Shown: positions 25,433-40,000 of the stretch, one piece after another
Layout of the letters: each line of letters begins with the position of its first letter
Position numbering within the stretch: the stretch's first letter is position 1
Assembly: GCA_051362555.1 (NCBI GenBank)
Contig: CM120643.1
Span: 20,836,848-20,900,847 of the forward strand
Direction: 5' to 3'
Length of the DNA: 64,000 bases
Origin: Lingula anatina
Taxonomy: Eukaryota; Animalia; Brachiopoda
The notes under the pieces: generated by a model
The model's input: only the letters and a program-made list of their open reading frames with translations
Told to the model about the DNA's origin: nothing
Databases searched by the model: none
Made by a program: the position numbers and the translations under genes

Positions 25433-28400
25433 TCTATATATTCTCATGATAGATGTTTTGCATATTCCACAGATGTTTGATCAAACTACCTAAGACAGCG
25501 GATCACCTACGTAACACAGCATGCCACAGAAACCAGCTTTTTTTAAGGGGGGTTGTCTGTAAAAATGGACCTATTTAAACCTACGTTTACTCATTTTGAA
25601 AAATTACACAGAATCTAGATCCAATTCTGCTTCAAAACGGAGCTTTTCCAGCCATAAGGCAGTTGTTTTAAAACCTAGTTGTCCCCTTGCCCATAGACCT
25701 TTGAAGAACTGGCAACCATCCTCTTATTAACTCTCCCAATAATGAGGAAGAGGAACCCCACTCGTTAAGAACAAACTCCCTTCTGTTGTTTGCCAAAGAC
25801 AATTTAGATAATTTTCCCCTCCCGAACATTAACTTACTTGTAGAGCCCAGGGAAACTGGTTCTTGCCACTGTGGTAGCTCAGGTAAATAATTACATAATT
25901 GGAAACTGTAGCTGAATTATTTTGTAATTACAGCTGTTACAAAACCTAAGTAGGTAAGATGAACAATGGGCAGCATCAGGTGGTTGTATGGGGGGAGGGA
26001 GAAGAGGAAAGAGAATTACAGTTAATAATGGTGGGAAAGACTAATTCGTTGGTGTAAATGAAATGCAATTTTTTCAGATATTAAGAGATGTACAATCAAT
26101 TTGTTGCCAAACAAACAAATTAACTAAATTAAAATTAACCAATTTTCAATTGGAATTTTTTCTTTTTCAGAATTAGTGAAACATCAAACCATCAAAAGAT
26201 GGCACTGTTGATGAAGGGCAAAGAAAGAAAATAGAGTTTAATTTTAACACAGATCCCTTTAAATTTGTTTACCGCATCGAGCCAGATTTACCCTGCACAC
26301 TATGAAATCTAACTGCATCCTTCAGTCACTTGTAAAGACATCTTTTGCAGGCATCCACCCAACATGTGTAAATTCATATCAACATGTGAATTTATAGTTA
26401 TGTTTTAATGCATTTACCTAAACATCTCCAAATGACAAGAAAGTACCTCAAAGGCATTAATAAAAACAATGTCATTAAACCCAAAAAAGTCATTTTAGGT
26501 GGGTAACTGGTGGTATCATGCTCACCAGCACCACAAACAACGAGATGTTCATCAACATGGCCAAGATATGAATTATTGCATTCTTTAGATAACACTGATA
26601 AACTTTAAAGCTGTTAAGTTCCTCAGCTTCCCTTTCTTTTATTTCATTTCATTTCAATCTGGCTCTGCTCAACACCCTAACTATAACTGGTGTCAAGTTA
26701 ATTTTTTCTGGGGGGAAGGAGGAAGGCATGCAGCTGGGGGAGAGGGGGGGGGGAATAATTGGTGGTTTGAAGAGAGTAACATATATATAAATATAATAAG
26801 ATATATCAGAGGAAGAATGCTGTTAACATTCAACTTAGGGAAACATGCATTTACACAAATGTTACTGAATTATCTACAACAATAACTATGGCTGACAAAA
26901 GGACAGAAGACAGAACAGTACCAGCAGACAAAATCACCCTCAGGTCATCTCAGAATCCCATCTGATGGAGTTCTCACATGTTAGATACATTTCTGCAACA
27001 GAAACTTAATTTTGCATGTGAAATATGACCATTAACAAACGGTGCTGAATGCGAGCATTAGACATCTCAACTTAAAGTAACCAATCATCGGTGATATCTT
27101 GTCCCGAGAAGTCCACTGGGACCCTTGCTAACAGTTTTGTAGCCCCCACTATTAGGCGAGGGAATTCAAAATCCATCATTACACCGTGTAATTTCTCAGC
27201 AGCTCTAGTCGCATTTAACTTCTCCCCACTTGTAAAGAACTTCCATATCTGCTGTAAACCTATCAGTCTCACTAGCACAAAGACATAGACCTGGTTTTGG
27301 AGTCATCAGAGATTTGCTCCCATACCGGGGCTATCCAATGTGGTCGCCAAACAATGGGCAAATTGCTGAGGATTTATAAGTTTCTAACTTAATTTATTGA
27401 AGCAAAGCTGCACAAATATTTCAATCCCACAAAACAAATCTCCCACGCCATGGTGGACTTAGCTGCGGCAGTCCCGATAACACTATATATTAGTTTTTAA
27501 TCAATTAACAATGTCCTAAGAAATCTAGGTCTTTGTTATCTTATCGCAAACTTGTGGAAACTTCTGTATTTTAATTGCCTCTTTTGCAGCCATAAAACTA
27601 TTTACAGCCCAAACTTCTGGAAACCATCACTTCAGCTTTAATTGCATTATTGCTTTCAATTCAATATAGAAAAGAAAAAAAATCTTTCAAAATATTTTCA
27701 ATGAATTTTTTAAAATTCAAATTATCCAAAATGCATTACAATCAAGAATAAGTATTGTTTACCATTCAACACTTCCTTACCTTTTAAAAAAACACTGACC
27801 CCATCCCTTAGCAGGAAAAAATACACATACTGTTATTTAATGCTCTCCCAGATAATTTCAGAATAAAATATATACAAGTTACATAGATATGACAGCTATG
27901 AAGTATAATTTAAAGATCAGAAGAATGAAGTATGTGCTGTTCAAGCAGTATATCACCAGCAGGACATGGTGGAGATATGTCAATATTTGATCAGGAGTCT
28001 GACTGCAGAAATAAAATGGCCCCGTTCAAGCTTGAAAAGGTGGCTATACATATTGACACAAAATCACAAAATCCTGAAGATCTGTATGGAACTTGCAAAG
28101 GCATCCCTTAAATATACACCTCCACATTATGGTGAATTGAGTGAAGCGAAAAAAATCATCTAATTTCAATAGAGTGCAGAAACTGACTTCCTAGCTCGTC
28201 CCTATTGTACGGCTCCTAACCAGCCAAGACTTAAATAGAAACTGCCCAGTGGTTAAACATCCACAGTCTTAAGGAATAGGCCAGGAACTATATTTCTTCT
28301 ATTTGCCTTGCCACTTTAAGGTTATAACCTCTCAGATGTGGAGAGAGGCGAAAGCACCGAGAATTCCATGGAATAAAAAGCAATAAATTCCATTTCTGTG

Positions 28401-30873
28401 ATTGCATGCCGCCTGATGAAGGCATCCAACTGGAACCGAGATTAATCATTACGGAGGGTTGAGCTGGAGGCCATTCGGCGCTTTTCATACTTTAAAATAA
28501 AGGTCAAGCGATCCGAGAGATACATTTCAGACTGTCACGCTAGGGTAGGTGTGCTTTATACCCTGTCCAGTGACCAAGGCGAGCTGTGAGAAAGAATTAG
28601 TACCACCTCTTCTCACAATACCCTTAAGAAGGCAAACTAAACAGCCTTAGTAATATATCCAAGGTTCTTCCCACATTTAGAGTAAAACCATGCATTCAGC
28701 TACTGGCCACAGGAAGAATGCACTGTCATTGTCCCCACATGTGACAGAACTATACTGTCACACAGGACAAGTAGCAATCATGTTTTTTTAAAGAAAAACA
28801 CAATTGGATGGGAAGTGGGAAATCAAAGCTAACTTGAAAATCATATATCACTCATGTTATCAAAGGACTTACTTCAAGTGGTAGAATATGCTCTGTTGTT
28901 TCATGACTCCAAGGAAAAAATGTCCACACCTTTTTTTTGTTGTCTTTTCCTGTCAACTGTCAATGGCTGTGGTTACAAACAAATAACGCTTCCACCAGGA
29001 GTTACACCAAGTCAAACAATGTAGTCTCATCTCCCAACAGTGTCTGTTCACAGTTCATCACTGTCATATTTTGAATTATGAATTACAATTAGAAAAAAAA
29101 AGCGACCACATTTTAAGTAGATGCAAACATTGTGTGTGTCATTAGCTGGCTCGCATTCCATGATAGCCCCCATTAACCAGAGCCTCAATGCGCCTTCCTA
29201 TGCCATTAAATTTACATAACTTATAGATATTCCTCTCATCATGCAAACGAAACACATTTTGAATTCTTAATTAAACAATCAATTTTGAAGGTGAAAATAT
29301 TAAAATATATCAAAGCTTTTGCACTCATATATAATGGAGTTTTTGGTGATTAGAGGTGTCTGGAAATGGCATTAGCATAGGGTGGTATTAATTATACGAT
29401 GGTCCCTGTGAAACTAAAAAGGGTGTCATGTCCTATTATTTCAGTGCATTAGGCCACGGCCAACACAGCATGTCATGATATCCGAGATCATTAAGAGTCA
29501 AACTAAAGACAGCATGTTACCTTTTGACTGCCGCATGACCTCAACAAACTTGAAATAATTCTTCCTTCCTGCTAAAATTAAGACCTCAACCAATTTAAGA
29601 TCGTGAGTTTTTTCTCTTGATAAACATTTTTCCCTGCCCTGTCTAATACTTCTCATTTACATAAAAAGTGATAAATAAATGGAATCATTTAATTAATCAA
29701 TTTATCTATAAATTCATAAATGTTGTAAAATAAATTCAAATAAAATACATCTAACCAATCCACATGATTAGAAGCCCAGTCCCAGCCTCATTTTCCTCTG
29801 TTGCAGTTGACTCCTTTGTTCCAAGAGCTAAATGCCACATAAATATTTCATAATCTGATCTTCACACTGGCATGTGAAGTACCAGTATATGTTAAGATAT
29901 TTAAGAGTGGACCCACAATATCAACCAATGGCTGATTTTCCCTCTAGTTAACAAATGAAGACAAAACTCATCTCGTATTTGGTTATTTAAGGCCTATTTA
30001 ATGAATATTCAATTGAAATGACGATGATTATTCTTCTCTTTATGACAATCACTTTTTCCCAATATATCAGATGGCACTAGTCAAATGTCAACATGAAAAG
30101 TCATTCGTAATTTCATATGAGAAAAATCGGTAGATCAGTTGTCATATGTTGCAAACAAAAGTGACACAGAGATATTCATGGTTCTTTTATCCCTTGAGGA
30201 CAGTGATACTGTAATTACTCATAAATGTCAAACATTTCGCTTATTCCAAACTTTCTTATAAACAACCATATTTATTACTAGTAAAAATATTGTTGACTCA
30301 TGATCAACACACTTAACTCACTCATTTTTCTTATCAAATAATTTTTGTGGGACACTTACTCCTACCTTTGCTTCTAATGAGTAAAATATTCTACCTTATA
30401 ATGCTCATAAGCTTTGCTTTAGACATTATTCATTAGGTTTCCTGAAAAGGAAATGTTAGAACTCTTTTCCGAAACTTAGCTGTCATCTTTAAAGCTATAG
30501 GAATTTGATCTCTCTTGGTTACTTCCTATCAGACTAATTGCTTGTAGTTACAAAAATGGGTCTGCATGAAAATGCACCAGAAGCAGTGATGATAGTAGTG
30601 GTAGTAGTAGTAGTACTAGCTGTAGTAGTATAGTAGTAGTCAGTGCTGTCACTATAATTCCTGCATGTGTGCCAAAATCTTTCACTCAAGGAACAATTGC
30701 TGGCACACACCAGTAAACTACTTATAAATACTGAAACATTGCCACCTTTCTGGATTTGCTAGTTCCTCTCAATCTTGGGATTAACTCTGGCTGAGCTAAT
30801 GCATGCAAAAACATCTCAGTCTAATATTATTTCCATCTCCATGCCATTTTATTCACTTATCATTACTATTATT

Positions 30874-30889
30874 GTTTTTTTTTTGTTTG

Positions 30890-30918
<29 letters not shown>
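30874..30918. repeat. Interrupted poly(T) tract
   Basis: Read directly. Confidence 0.85.
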
Positions 30919-30920
<2 letters not shown>

Positions 30921-33900
30921 AAATCTATGACACCAAAAGAAGTAAAGAAAAAGAAAACTTTGTATGATCTTTTCAGACCCCCCCCTCAAATGCTGGATTA
31001 ATTTTTCCTTACATAACCAAAGTGTGACAGACACATCAGAATTTTTCCAGGTAACTATCATCCTACTTTTTTTCCTATGTTCCTACAAGCCTGTGGACAT
31101 CTTGGCTGCATTGTCTGATCTCCTCTGAAGGGGATATAATTACAAGAATAATAATAATAAGTGAATAAATAACTCAAATTTCCATCTTTGACCCTTTCTC
31201 ACAAAAAAACACTTATTTTCTAAACCTTCATTAACAAATAAAAGGAAAGAAACTGACCAATAAGAGGAAGAATTCATGTCAGACAGATACATAGAGGGAG
31301 CTGCTGAGAGAAGGGAATTCTGCTTCAGCAACCAACCAATAAACACATACAGATTGATTCCATTCTATTGTTGATTGTGTCTTCTAATCAAGCATCTTGA
31401 GTAAAAAAAATGTTGTACAAAATTAATTACATGTTACAATGTAAATTTTAATTAAAACTGACAGAAGAAAGTGGTTGTGTGTACATTTCAAAACCATTTT
31501 GTCGTTTTAAAAGTTACATTGCACCAAAAGAAAAAGGAAGGCAATGTTAAAAGCTAGTCAATTCGCTCCTACAGTATCATAAAAGAATAATGATAAAAGG
31601 GAAAAAATACCATGGAATTTAAAACAGAAATAGAAGCTTCTGCATATTTACATTGCCTTAAGTTTCAAGTGATGATTAAAACTCCCTCTTCACAATGTCT
31701 TCAGTCTTCAGGTAACTGATCCTTCAAACCCCTATGACAACTTCCTCTCTGGATGTAATTATTAATCTTTATAATAAACACTCTCTTTTATCCGCTAAAA
31801 TGCTCTGACCTTTACTTGATAAAGATCCATTAATTCATTGCGTCTCACTGAAGAAGAAATGGCTCCACACATGAATTATTGAACCTTAACATTATTACTA
31901 TTTTCATATTTTGAAAATAGTCAGGTGAAAAGGTTGCATTAGGAAGTGATAATGAGCGTTTTCAAGACATCGTAATGTGCATTGCGATATGCATAAAAAA
32001 GTGCTTGAAAATGCTTTAATTTCATTATTTTCCTCAAATGAAATTCATAATGGCAGCACTACATAAAATGTGGAACCAAAAATGATAACTCATTTTAATA
32101 ACTGTGGGATAAGTACCACTGTGGGACTACAGGCTTTAAAAACCTAGTTTTAGACTTATTTCTTCAGCTTTTGTGTTTACATAACCTTTGATGGCCTAAT
32201 CACATATAGCAGGGTGGGTGTGGGTGGGGGTTGTGGGGGGTGAGGTCCACGGATCAGAAGGAACTGCCCTTTTGGCCAGAAAAGGTCCACAATAAATGAC
32301 TTGCTCTAGGTCCAGTGCCATATCTCAAGTTGGGTTAACTAAGGGGGCTAAAAGGATCCAATTTATATAAGATAAATAAATAAGTAAATAATGTATAAAT
32401 AATAATTAAAACTCTGAAATTGCCAACAACAGAGAGCTGTAATTGAGCTCCTCACACTGTGCTATGGATGGAACTGACTATCAAAACCCTGTGAACAAAA
32501 AAATTAATTCTCATTAGAGATCAAACTTTTCCTGACATAATTGTAAAATAATTATAAATATATTGTTTCCTAACAACACAGAGTATAATCTAGAATGTGT
32601 AAAATCAACTATAGGTTGCAGAATTCTATTTGGTGCTCTATCTGGCAGTGATACTGAACTGCTGCCTAAAAAAAAAACCAACCCACAAACTAATCGCATA
32701 AACATACAACAAACATTACAAATAAAATTATCACCATCAACAAAAACAACAACAACAAGGTTAGGATTGTCTATAAACACTTAGCTATGTACATGATCTA
32801 TTGGTGGCTGAGATGGTCAGTCTGATGGCCCCTACATGACCCTTCACTGACCTCTGTTTGACCTCAGAAGAGAGCTGGACTTGCCCATGGTTACTGGATG
32901 GAGGGGGAGAGATTTGGACATGTTATGGAATGGTTTCACATCAAAACGCAGGCAATTCATCACAATTCAGCCACTAGTTATTGTACTTACTGGCACCAGC
33001 TATACTAATGTATAGGGACATTAGGGAAATTATAGGGAACAGGAGTCTTTGGCCATTTAAGAGGTAATCTAACCTCAACAAGATGGGGGAGGGGGGCAAA
33101 CATTCAACTATGGGGGTGGGGGGTGGGTGAAGCAATTTTTACTTCAACAAACAGGTTTTCATACATTTTAGACAATTCTTTGATTATTAAAACCTTTGCA
33201 CAATTTCTGTCCCGGGCTTTGCTTTAGGCATTTTGTAAGCGTAAGTAGACAATATGGCGAGAGGATCCACTGTTTGGAGGACCACCATGAAAAGGGACTG
33301 AGACCCATTTATTATAACCATAACACCTCTAGTGCGTCACACATAGGAAATGCCAGCCAACATGTTCACCTCATCCAGACTGAAAATTTTTAAGGAAAAA
33401 AACGGAGTAACACATATTTAAATTAAAGGCATTTTCCAATTAACTCATTTACAGAGCAAAGGCTCTTTTTTAAGGATTAAAAGAAATCTTCATTCTTAGC
33501 TAAATGGCTTTTTTTTTTGGACATCAACTTATCAATGTTCCCAACTGGACAGAAGACTATAATAACAAAACTGAAGTATGACTATCCTTATTTTGAAGCA
33601 CTTTAACAATTGTAAATTGCAGCTTAGAAAAAAAAAAAAAAATACACAACTAGACTCTAAAACAGAAATTAGCCTGAAATTGTTTTTTAATATTGCTTGA
33701 TTGCTAAGACAACTGCCTCAAATGCATTTAAGTAGTGCAAGAAAAAAAAAGATATAGAATGGGTCAGGAGAAAACTGTACTGTCTCCCCTGTGCCTAAAA
33801 TCTAAGCCATCTTGTCAACTGTAATTGTCATTAGAGATCTGTAACTGTACTCTGAGCTAGATGACAAAAGCTTCACACCAGATATTAAGAGCAGCCGCCA

Positions 33901-36896
33901 GCTATGTTTGTAGATTCAGCTCATTACGATGATATGAAGATGACAGATGCAGGCTTGTTGTTAAAAGGATCAAACAGCCTCGGAGCAAGTAGCTTTCCAT
34001 ATGGTAAGAATGGTGATTAATGCTAATTAATTAGATCATCAAATCAGTACAAGACAACGCTGGAATGCAGCATAAAAATGCATTTTCATTAAGGCGCAGA
34101 GAAGCAAGCTGTGTTTATCTGCTCCGGTAGATGTTAACTAGACCATCAAGGTAATACAAGGAAAGGTGAAATAAAAAATGTAATATACTCTTGTAACAAA
34201 TGTTAGCCTGGGTTCAAATCCATGCCTTTCTATAACTTTTTATCTTGTCACTTTTCCAATCTGACTAAGAAAAATCTAAAAAATGTCCTGTCCTCCCCCT
34301 CGTTTTATAAAAAACCAAAATGCTTTACGAGAAACACACTGGTAAATGAACTAACTTTCAATCTAAGTTGTATCTTTTAAACATCAAAGCTGCTAATTAT
34401 AGTCTTAGCAGCAGAATTTGATACTGGATTTTTACAATCTATGTTTTACTTGTCAAAATGCTAATTATAGGGTATTGCAAATAAAACCTGTAACTTCATT
34501 TTTTGCATTTAAAACAGAGAATCAGGATGATAATTACATCTTTAGTGCGGTCTTTTAAAAGTCCTCTCCGCAATTTGGGGCAAGTCTTATCAAAGCTTGA
34601 TCTGCCCAGTCTAAGTGTCATATATACAGAACTGCCTTTGTTCTTTTTGAACTCCCATCTTCAAGCAATTTTTGGTAGCTAAACGAGTCAACACTAGGTC
34701 AACTCTATCTTATCTATTTTCCTGGTAGGTCATAAAGTAAATCAAATTTTAATAAGTTTGAGAATGATTTTTTTTCATGGAGGACAGATTAAAATAAAAC
34801 CCACACACATCATTTTAAGTTGTCAATAAACTCACCAAACTATTATGCAACATAAAATAAATCTGATTTGATGAGATTGTGATCAATTTCATTGTTTCAA
34901 AGGTTATATCATTTGAAAAGCATGACGACAAACAGACTGAACAAAGTATTTAAATTGGTTATCAATAAATCAAGCAAAAATTACCCCTGAAAGCCAGTGA
35001 TGAATAAATATATGATTTTTTCCTTGAGGGGGTTGCATATCTATAATTCAGGGGGCACCTGGTACCACCTCCCTGTTAATCCTATGTCACTGGTTATGTC
35101 ACATCAGTGAAGACATATGGCCGTCATCTCACAGTCCACAGCACTCAAACTCCCGCTCACAATTAACGTCCCAATCTGAAGGAGTCCTGCGTGACACCCA
35201 GCACAATTGTTGTCACATATGCTAATGTCATTTCTTATCTCTACCAAACAAGACACACGCAAATTAAAATGGTGCCACAGTGTTATCGTAATATTCATCG
35301 TACATTAAGCTAATTAGTTGTGCTATGCCATATTCCTCAGCCCTTTTGGATGGCCTGACATATTAATGACAGGGAGCTAAGAGGTTAAGGTAGAAAACAC
35401 AGACTTAATTTCAGCACACCCGACAGCTTAAGGGGGAAATATATTAACTGTGCAGTCACTACTCCTTTGTTAATATTCAATAAGAAACTCACATTAAGTA
35501 ATAATATATCAGAAATTTCCTCATAATTCACTTTCCTTAAAGGGTTGGCAATGTCAGACGCAATAAGTGAAAACCTCTCGTCTCAGATTCATTATTTCAT
35601 ATCACATGTAAGACAATTCACATCTTGTACATGACAGCACAATGCCATTTTTCTATATTAATAAATGAATTGCAAAATTGCATCTGTCTGTTGGACTGCA
35701 AAACCATGCTTAATTTTTTTCAAGCATGATGAAAAAAAAGTCTTGTCACACCTTGGCTTAATGATATCCAGAGACAAGATTTCAACATAACTGCAGAAGC
35801 CATTCATAAAAATATTTTATCAGTTCTAGAAAGTTGCTGCTTCACAAGATTCAAATGTTTATTGTGAAAAAAAAAAAAAAAAAAAACACTGAGAGAGAAA
35901 AAAGATTAACCTTACTGATCACAAACATCTCTGTAGCTAGTCACCAAAAATTTGTTGAACGAAAACCCAGAAGAAGAAGAAACCTTCCTGGATACAACAT
36001 GGCCTTGTCTAGCATTTTGTTTTATAGGGAAGTGGACATTTGCACAGTGTGATAATATCACGTAGTTCGAGGAAGGGGTTAACAACAGTGCTCTTGTGCG
36101 TTTCACCGACACGGGTGAAAAGTCCAGTGGACGTCATGTGGCCTTTGTCCAGCATGAGAGTGAGATAATGTCACAAACTTCCCTATTGACCATATCCTGA
36201 AGGTATGATGTAACACCATCCCCTTCAATCCCCCCCCCCCTCCCGGCAGTCCCCTCCACCCCTCCTGACCCTTTTGCCCAAATGGCTACAACCTAAAGCA
36301 TGACATTTCAGCTCTGATCAATGCTGGTTATTATGTGACACCAGAGACCATCCCAGTCAGCCCATTACCTTCATATTACTGCGGTTCAATCAGAAGTGGG
36401 CAGGAAATATTTTTCACATATCAATCACATACACGGGGAAAATCAATTAATAAGATTTCAGCTTGGAGTTGCTAATACAGGAATGATTTAAGTTGTATTT
36501 ATAATCTCCCTCTTCGCCAGGGACAATCTCTCAATCTGGGCTGAAGTGCCGGACAGAAAATGGCGCTTAATTGCCTATAGAAAAAGATCTAAAAATCCAT
36601 TCTCCTGCAGACAAAAGTATTCCCAAATTGCCAAAAGAAATACTTGATCAAAACGCAGAGAAAATGGCAGCAGCAATTAGATTACATTAACTACTGGAGT
36701 ATCCCTGGGGCTTCCTAGCCACTAATGTCACTTCACTAACTCACACACACACACATACTCAAAAATATTACACTTACACACATAAACGAACACAACCAAG
36801 TCTTCCTGCTCATTAAAATGTATTTGACATACACATAACTGAACATTAATATGAAACCCACATTTATGTATATCCTATCATTTTATACTTATATCC

Positions 36897-37024
36897 CTTA
36901 TCAGTAATTGGGTAATTAAAATCCCCACCTTTAAGTTCAATCTCTTATCACTAATTTGGGTAATTAAGGCCCCACCTTAGATTAATATGTCTTATCAGTT
37001 CTTAAGGCAATTAAGCCCCCACCT
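36897..37024 (+). repeat. Three diverged tandem units, 47-bp period
   Basis: CTTATCA starts at 36897, 36944 and 36991; each is followed by (T/C)AATTAA and CCCCACCT. Confidence 0.8.
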
Positions 37025-40000
37025 GACTCTCTGTTACACCTGACAGTGCCCTTTAATAGGGGTTCCTATTTAATCTAGGTGGCATTCTTCCCCCACATCT
37101 CCTCAATCCCTCATACCTGTGCCCTGCCCCCCCCCGCCCCCCCTGTTGTCACACTTGTGTCTTCTTCCACCTACCCCTCTTGTCACACCTTTAAGTCCTA
37201 TTCCCCCCTTTTTTCCTTCCCCCTACTGACAAGCCTGTGTCCTCCCCCTCCCCCCTCCTCGTGTCAGTTCCCCACCCATTCCCTTCTGAAGTCGTACCTG
37301 TCCTCCAACTTGTCACCATTGAACTGAGCAAATAACAGGTCTCTAATATCCTGGCCAATTATCCTGTCAATACCTATCCAATATATGGATGAAATGTTAA
37401 GTTCAAGACACATTCTAATTAATACTGACCTCACCTCTCCTTTATAGTATATAACCCTGAGTAGAGAACACGCACGGAAAGCACTTGGGCCAGCTGCGGA
37501 CCAGCATTTGTCAAAGTCATTTGTCTCAGCTAACAATCTGTGAGAGCTGTTAATTTTTCTTTTTTCCACTCTCGTGATCAAGCCACACCTCATAACTAGC
37601 GCCCCCTGTTTTTCGCCCACCGAAAATTTACATCCCAATAGTCTAATTACACTGGGCGATAATTTGATCTGCACACCTAGCTGCCCTCCAAAGCCTCCAG
37701 CCTTTCGCCGCATTCATCAGCTTAGTTAAACAAGTTATAATACCGTGTGTATTGAATCAGGTAAAAAAACACTCGCGCATTAATAACTAATATAGAGGCT
37801 TTCTTTTGTTAACCAACCCCAACACGACTTTGTTTTTCCTCTTATTGTTCCCTTCAGAGCCGACGTATTGTCAGTGCGGGTGTCTTTGGTTTCAAGCAAG
37901 AATGGGTCAACTCCCGCTTTTAAATTAATGACTGGAGGGACTTAAGTATGTAACAACACATTGGACGGTCCCCTTCTGCTGCCAAATGATGTCACAAATC
38001 CAAACAAATGACAGATAATGCCCGGTGGGCTCTCGGGTGACTTGTTAGCAACTTCCACTTTGACGGAGGTGAACAATATGAGGGGTGAAATGACAAAAAA
38101 CAAGTCGCTGGGCTGTTATTAATATCTGCGCATTCCTCTACTTTAAATGCCTTCCTCACACAATGGTGTAGGTGAACAAAAGCAACAAGTTGTTTTTTAT
38201 GCTCGGGCCTACCATGACAACAGTGCATAATCCTCCACCGAACACAGGTCAATGATTCACAAAGCATTCAATCTCCACATTATTTCTTCATCAGAACACA
38301 GACACAAATAGGGGACTAGCCCCATTATCTCTGGCTTATCAGCAACATAATCATTCCCAATGCAGATTGAACAATTTAACATGCAGCGCAAGTATTCTAT
38401 CCTTGGCCCAACAAGCATAAGACAAAAAAAAGGAAGATCACACTGTGATGATAAAAAAGTTCATAAACAACGTTAATTCTGCAACCGGCCTTGTGGCGAA
38501 GAAAAGGGGACACATATTTATGGGAGAGATGATGGGGGAAAGCCATATGGAAGGTCAGATGTAAACCCATAGTAATGTTCACAACAGGGGGAAACATTGC
38601 TCTAAACAATTCCCTTTCAAATCGTTTTGATCTCACCATGGGACAAAAGACGCGCAACTGATTTTCACATGACTGCCTGCAACCAAGTTGAAATTATGCA
38701 AGTACGAGAGATTAGGAATTCCAATAGAGGCCCTAAAGTAAATCAGCAAATCAAGCCATCCAACGCTGACCTTTTGTTCTTTCCCTGGGTCATCTTAAAT
38801 CATAATGGGCCATTATTCTAACGATTACCACCTTTCATGGCAGTTGTGCAGGGCACACATCATCGTGTTTGTCGACCCCTTTGTCTGCAGTTTCAATTAG
38901 CTGGGACATAATTCTACTCCAACATTTAAATCAGGGCCACAATGCAATCACTCTGGAGCCAAAATTAAATCATAAGCCTTAATGTTTGGAGGCTGAACAA
39001 GCAAACCCCGCTTCCTTTTAAACTTTTTTAAGGCAATACTCCCCATTCAGACTAAATAAACAATTAAAGGGGCTCACCTCCCCACCTAAGGCCAGTTGAA
39101 CCAGGGATTTAATTATTTCTATTGCCAAATTAAGTATTCATTAATGCTCCATAATCTTTTTTTATCTCTGATTTACACCTTTGACGTCACTTTTTATTTC
39201 CCAAGTCAATAGCAACAACATAGATAAATTATTGACAAATTGTTCATAACAGCGAATAAGGCAGGTTATAAAGCTGGAATCAGGACTTATAAACCATTCA
39301 ATGGAGTAATTAATCTTACAGCTCTTCCATGACTTTTCTCGGTGCATGTAACACAGCCGATAACCTCGGCTAGGCTGGAAGGTCATGTGATTATCAATTA
39401 ACACATGTGCTCAGTGCTCACCTATCTTTGTACTTAATGTCTGTTGTAAAACTGTAGCCCAACAACAAGAGTGTGTGTATGTGTCGTGGAACTTGTGCCT
39501 TCAAAGTTCCCACCTCTTCTCTCCGCACATACACAGTGCCACCTATCAGGGGTAATGTCCAGGTCACAGTGCTTTAAAGTCAAATCAATGGAAATCAGTA
39601 GTCTCAGTTCCTCTCTCTGACTTTATTTGTCTCTCTTTTTCTCTCTCCTTTGGTTGCGCCTCATTTAAAGTGTCTTCTTCCTCGTTGATGTCAGAGTGCT
39701 GTGCTGCAGTGACCCTCGCAGTGTAAGCCACATACCTATATAAGACGCCCTAATTACACAGCCCCATTCAGCTCCTCTCCATCTGATAATAAATAGCAAC
39801 TTATTGTGTCTGCCTAAGCCGTCTTCAAATATTAGCATTGGGTTGGTCGACTAATCACCCCCACCGCTAGGGGAGTTAAATTAAAAATCCAATCTGGATG
39901 GGTTGCATCCTTCTGCATCAGACGTTAATTCCAGCACTAGTTAATGTCTTCTCCAGTCCCCGTCAAGACCGAGCCCAGTTTCTCTGCCTGCATGACTGTT

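Noticed and set aside
34205-34225. Pol III B-box-like GGTTCAAATCC
   Set aside because: No A-box or cloverleaf nearby, so no tRNA or SINE call is supportable.
34995-35092. Possible decayed CAGTG...CACTG-ended small element with G/C runs; a similar G-rich patch at 32210-32360
   Set aside because: Terminal match too short and no clear TSD.
36897-37024. Repeat-spacer periodicity superficially like a CRISPR array
   Set aside because: Eukaryotic intron, only three imperfect repeats, 13-nt spacers and no cas genes.
37120-37262. C-rich tract with G-quadruplex potential on the minus strand
   Set aside because: G/C homopolymer runs are scattered throughout the window; nothing singles this one out.
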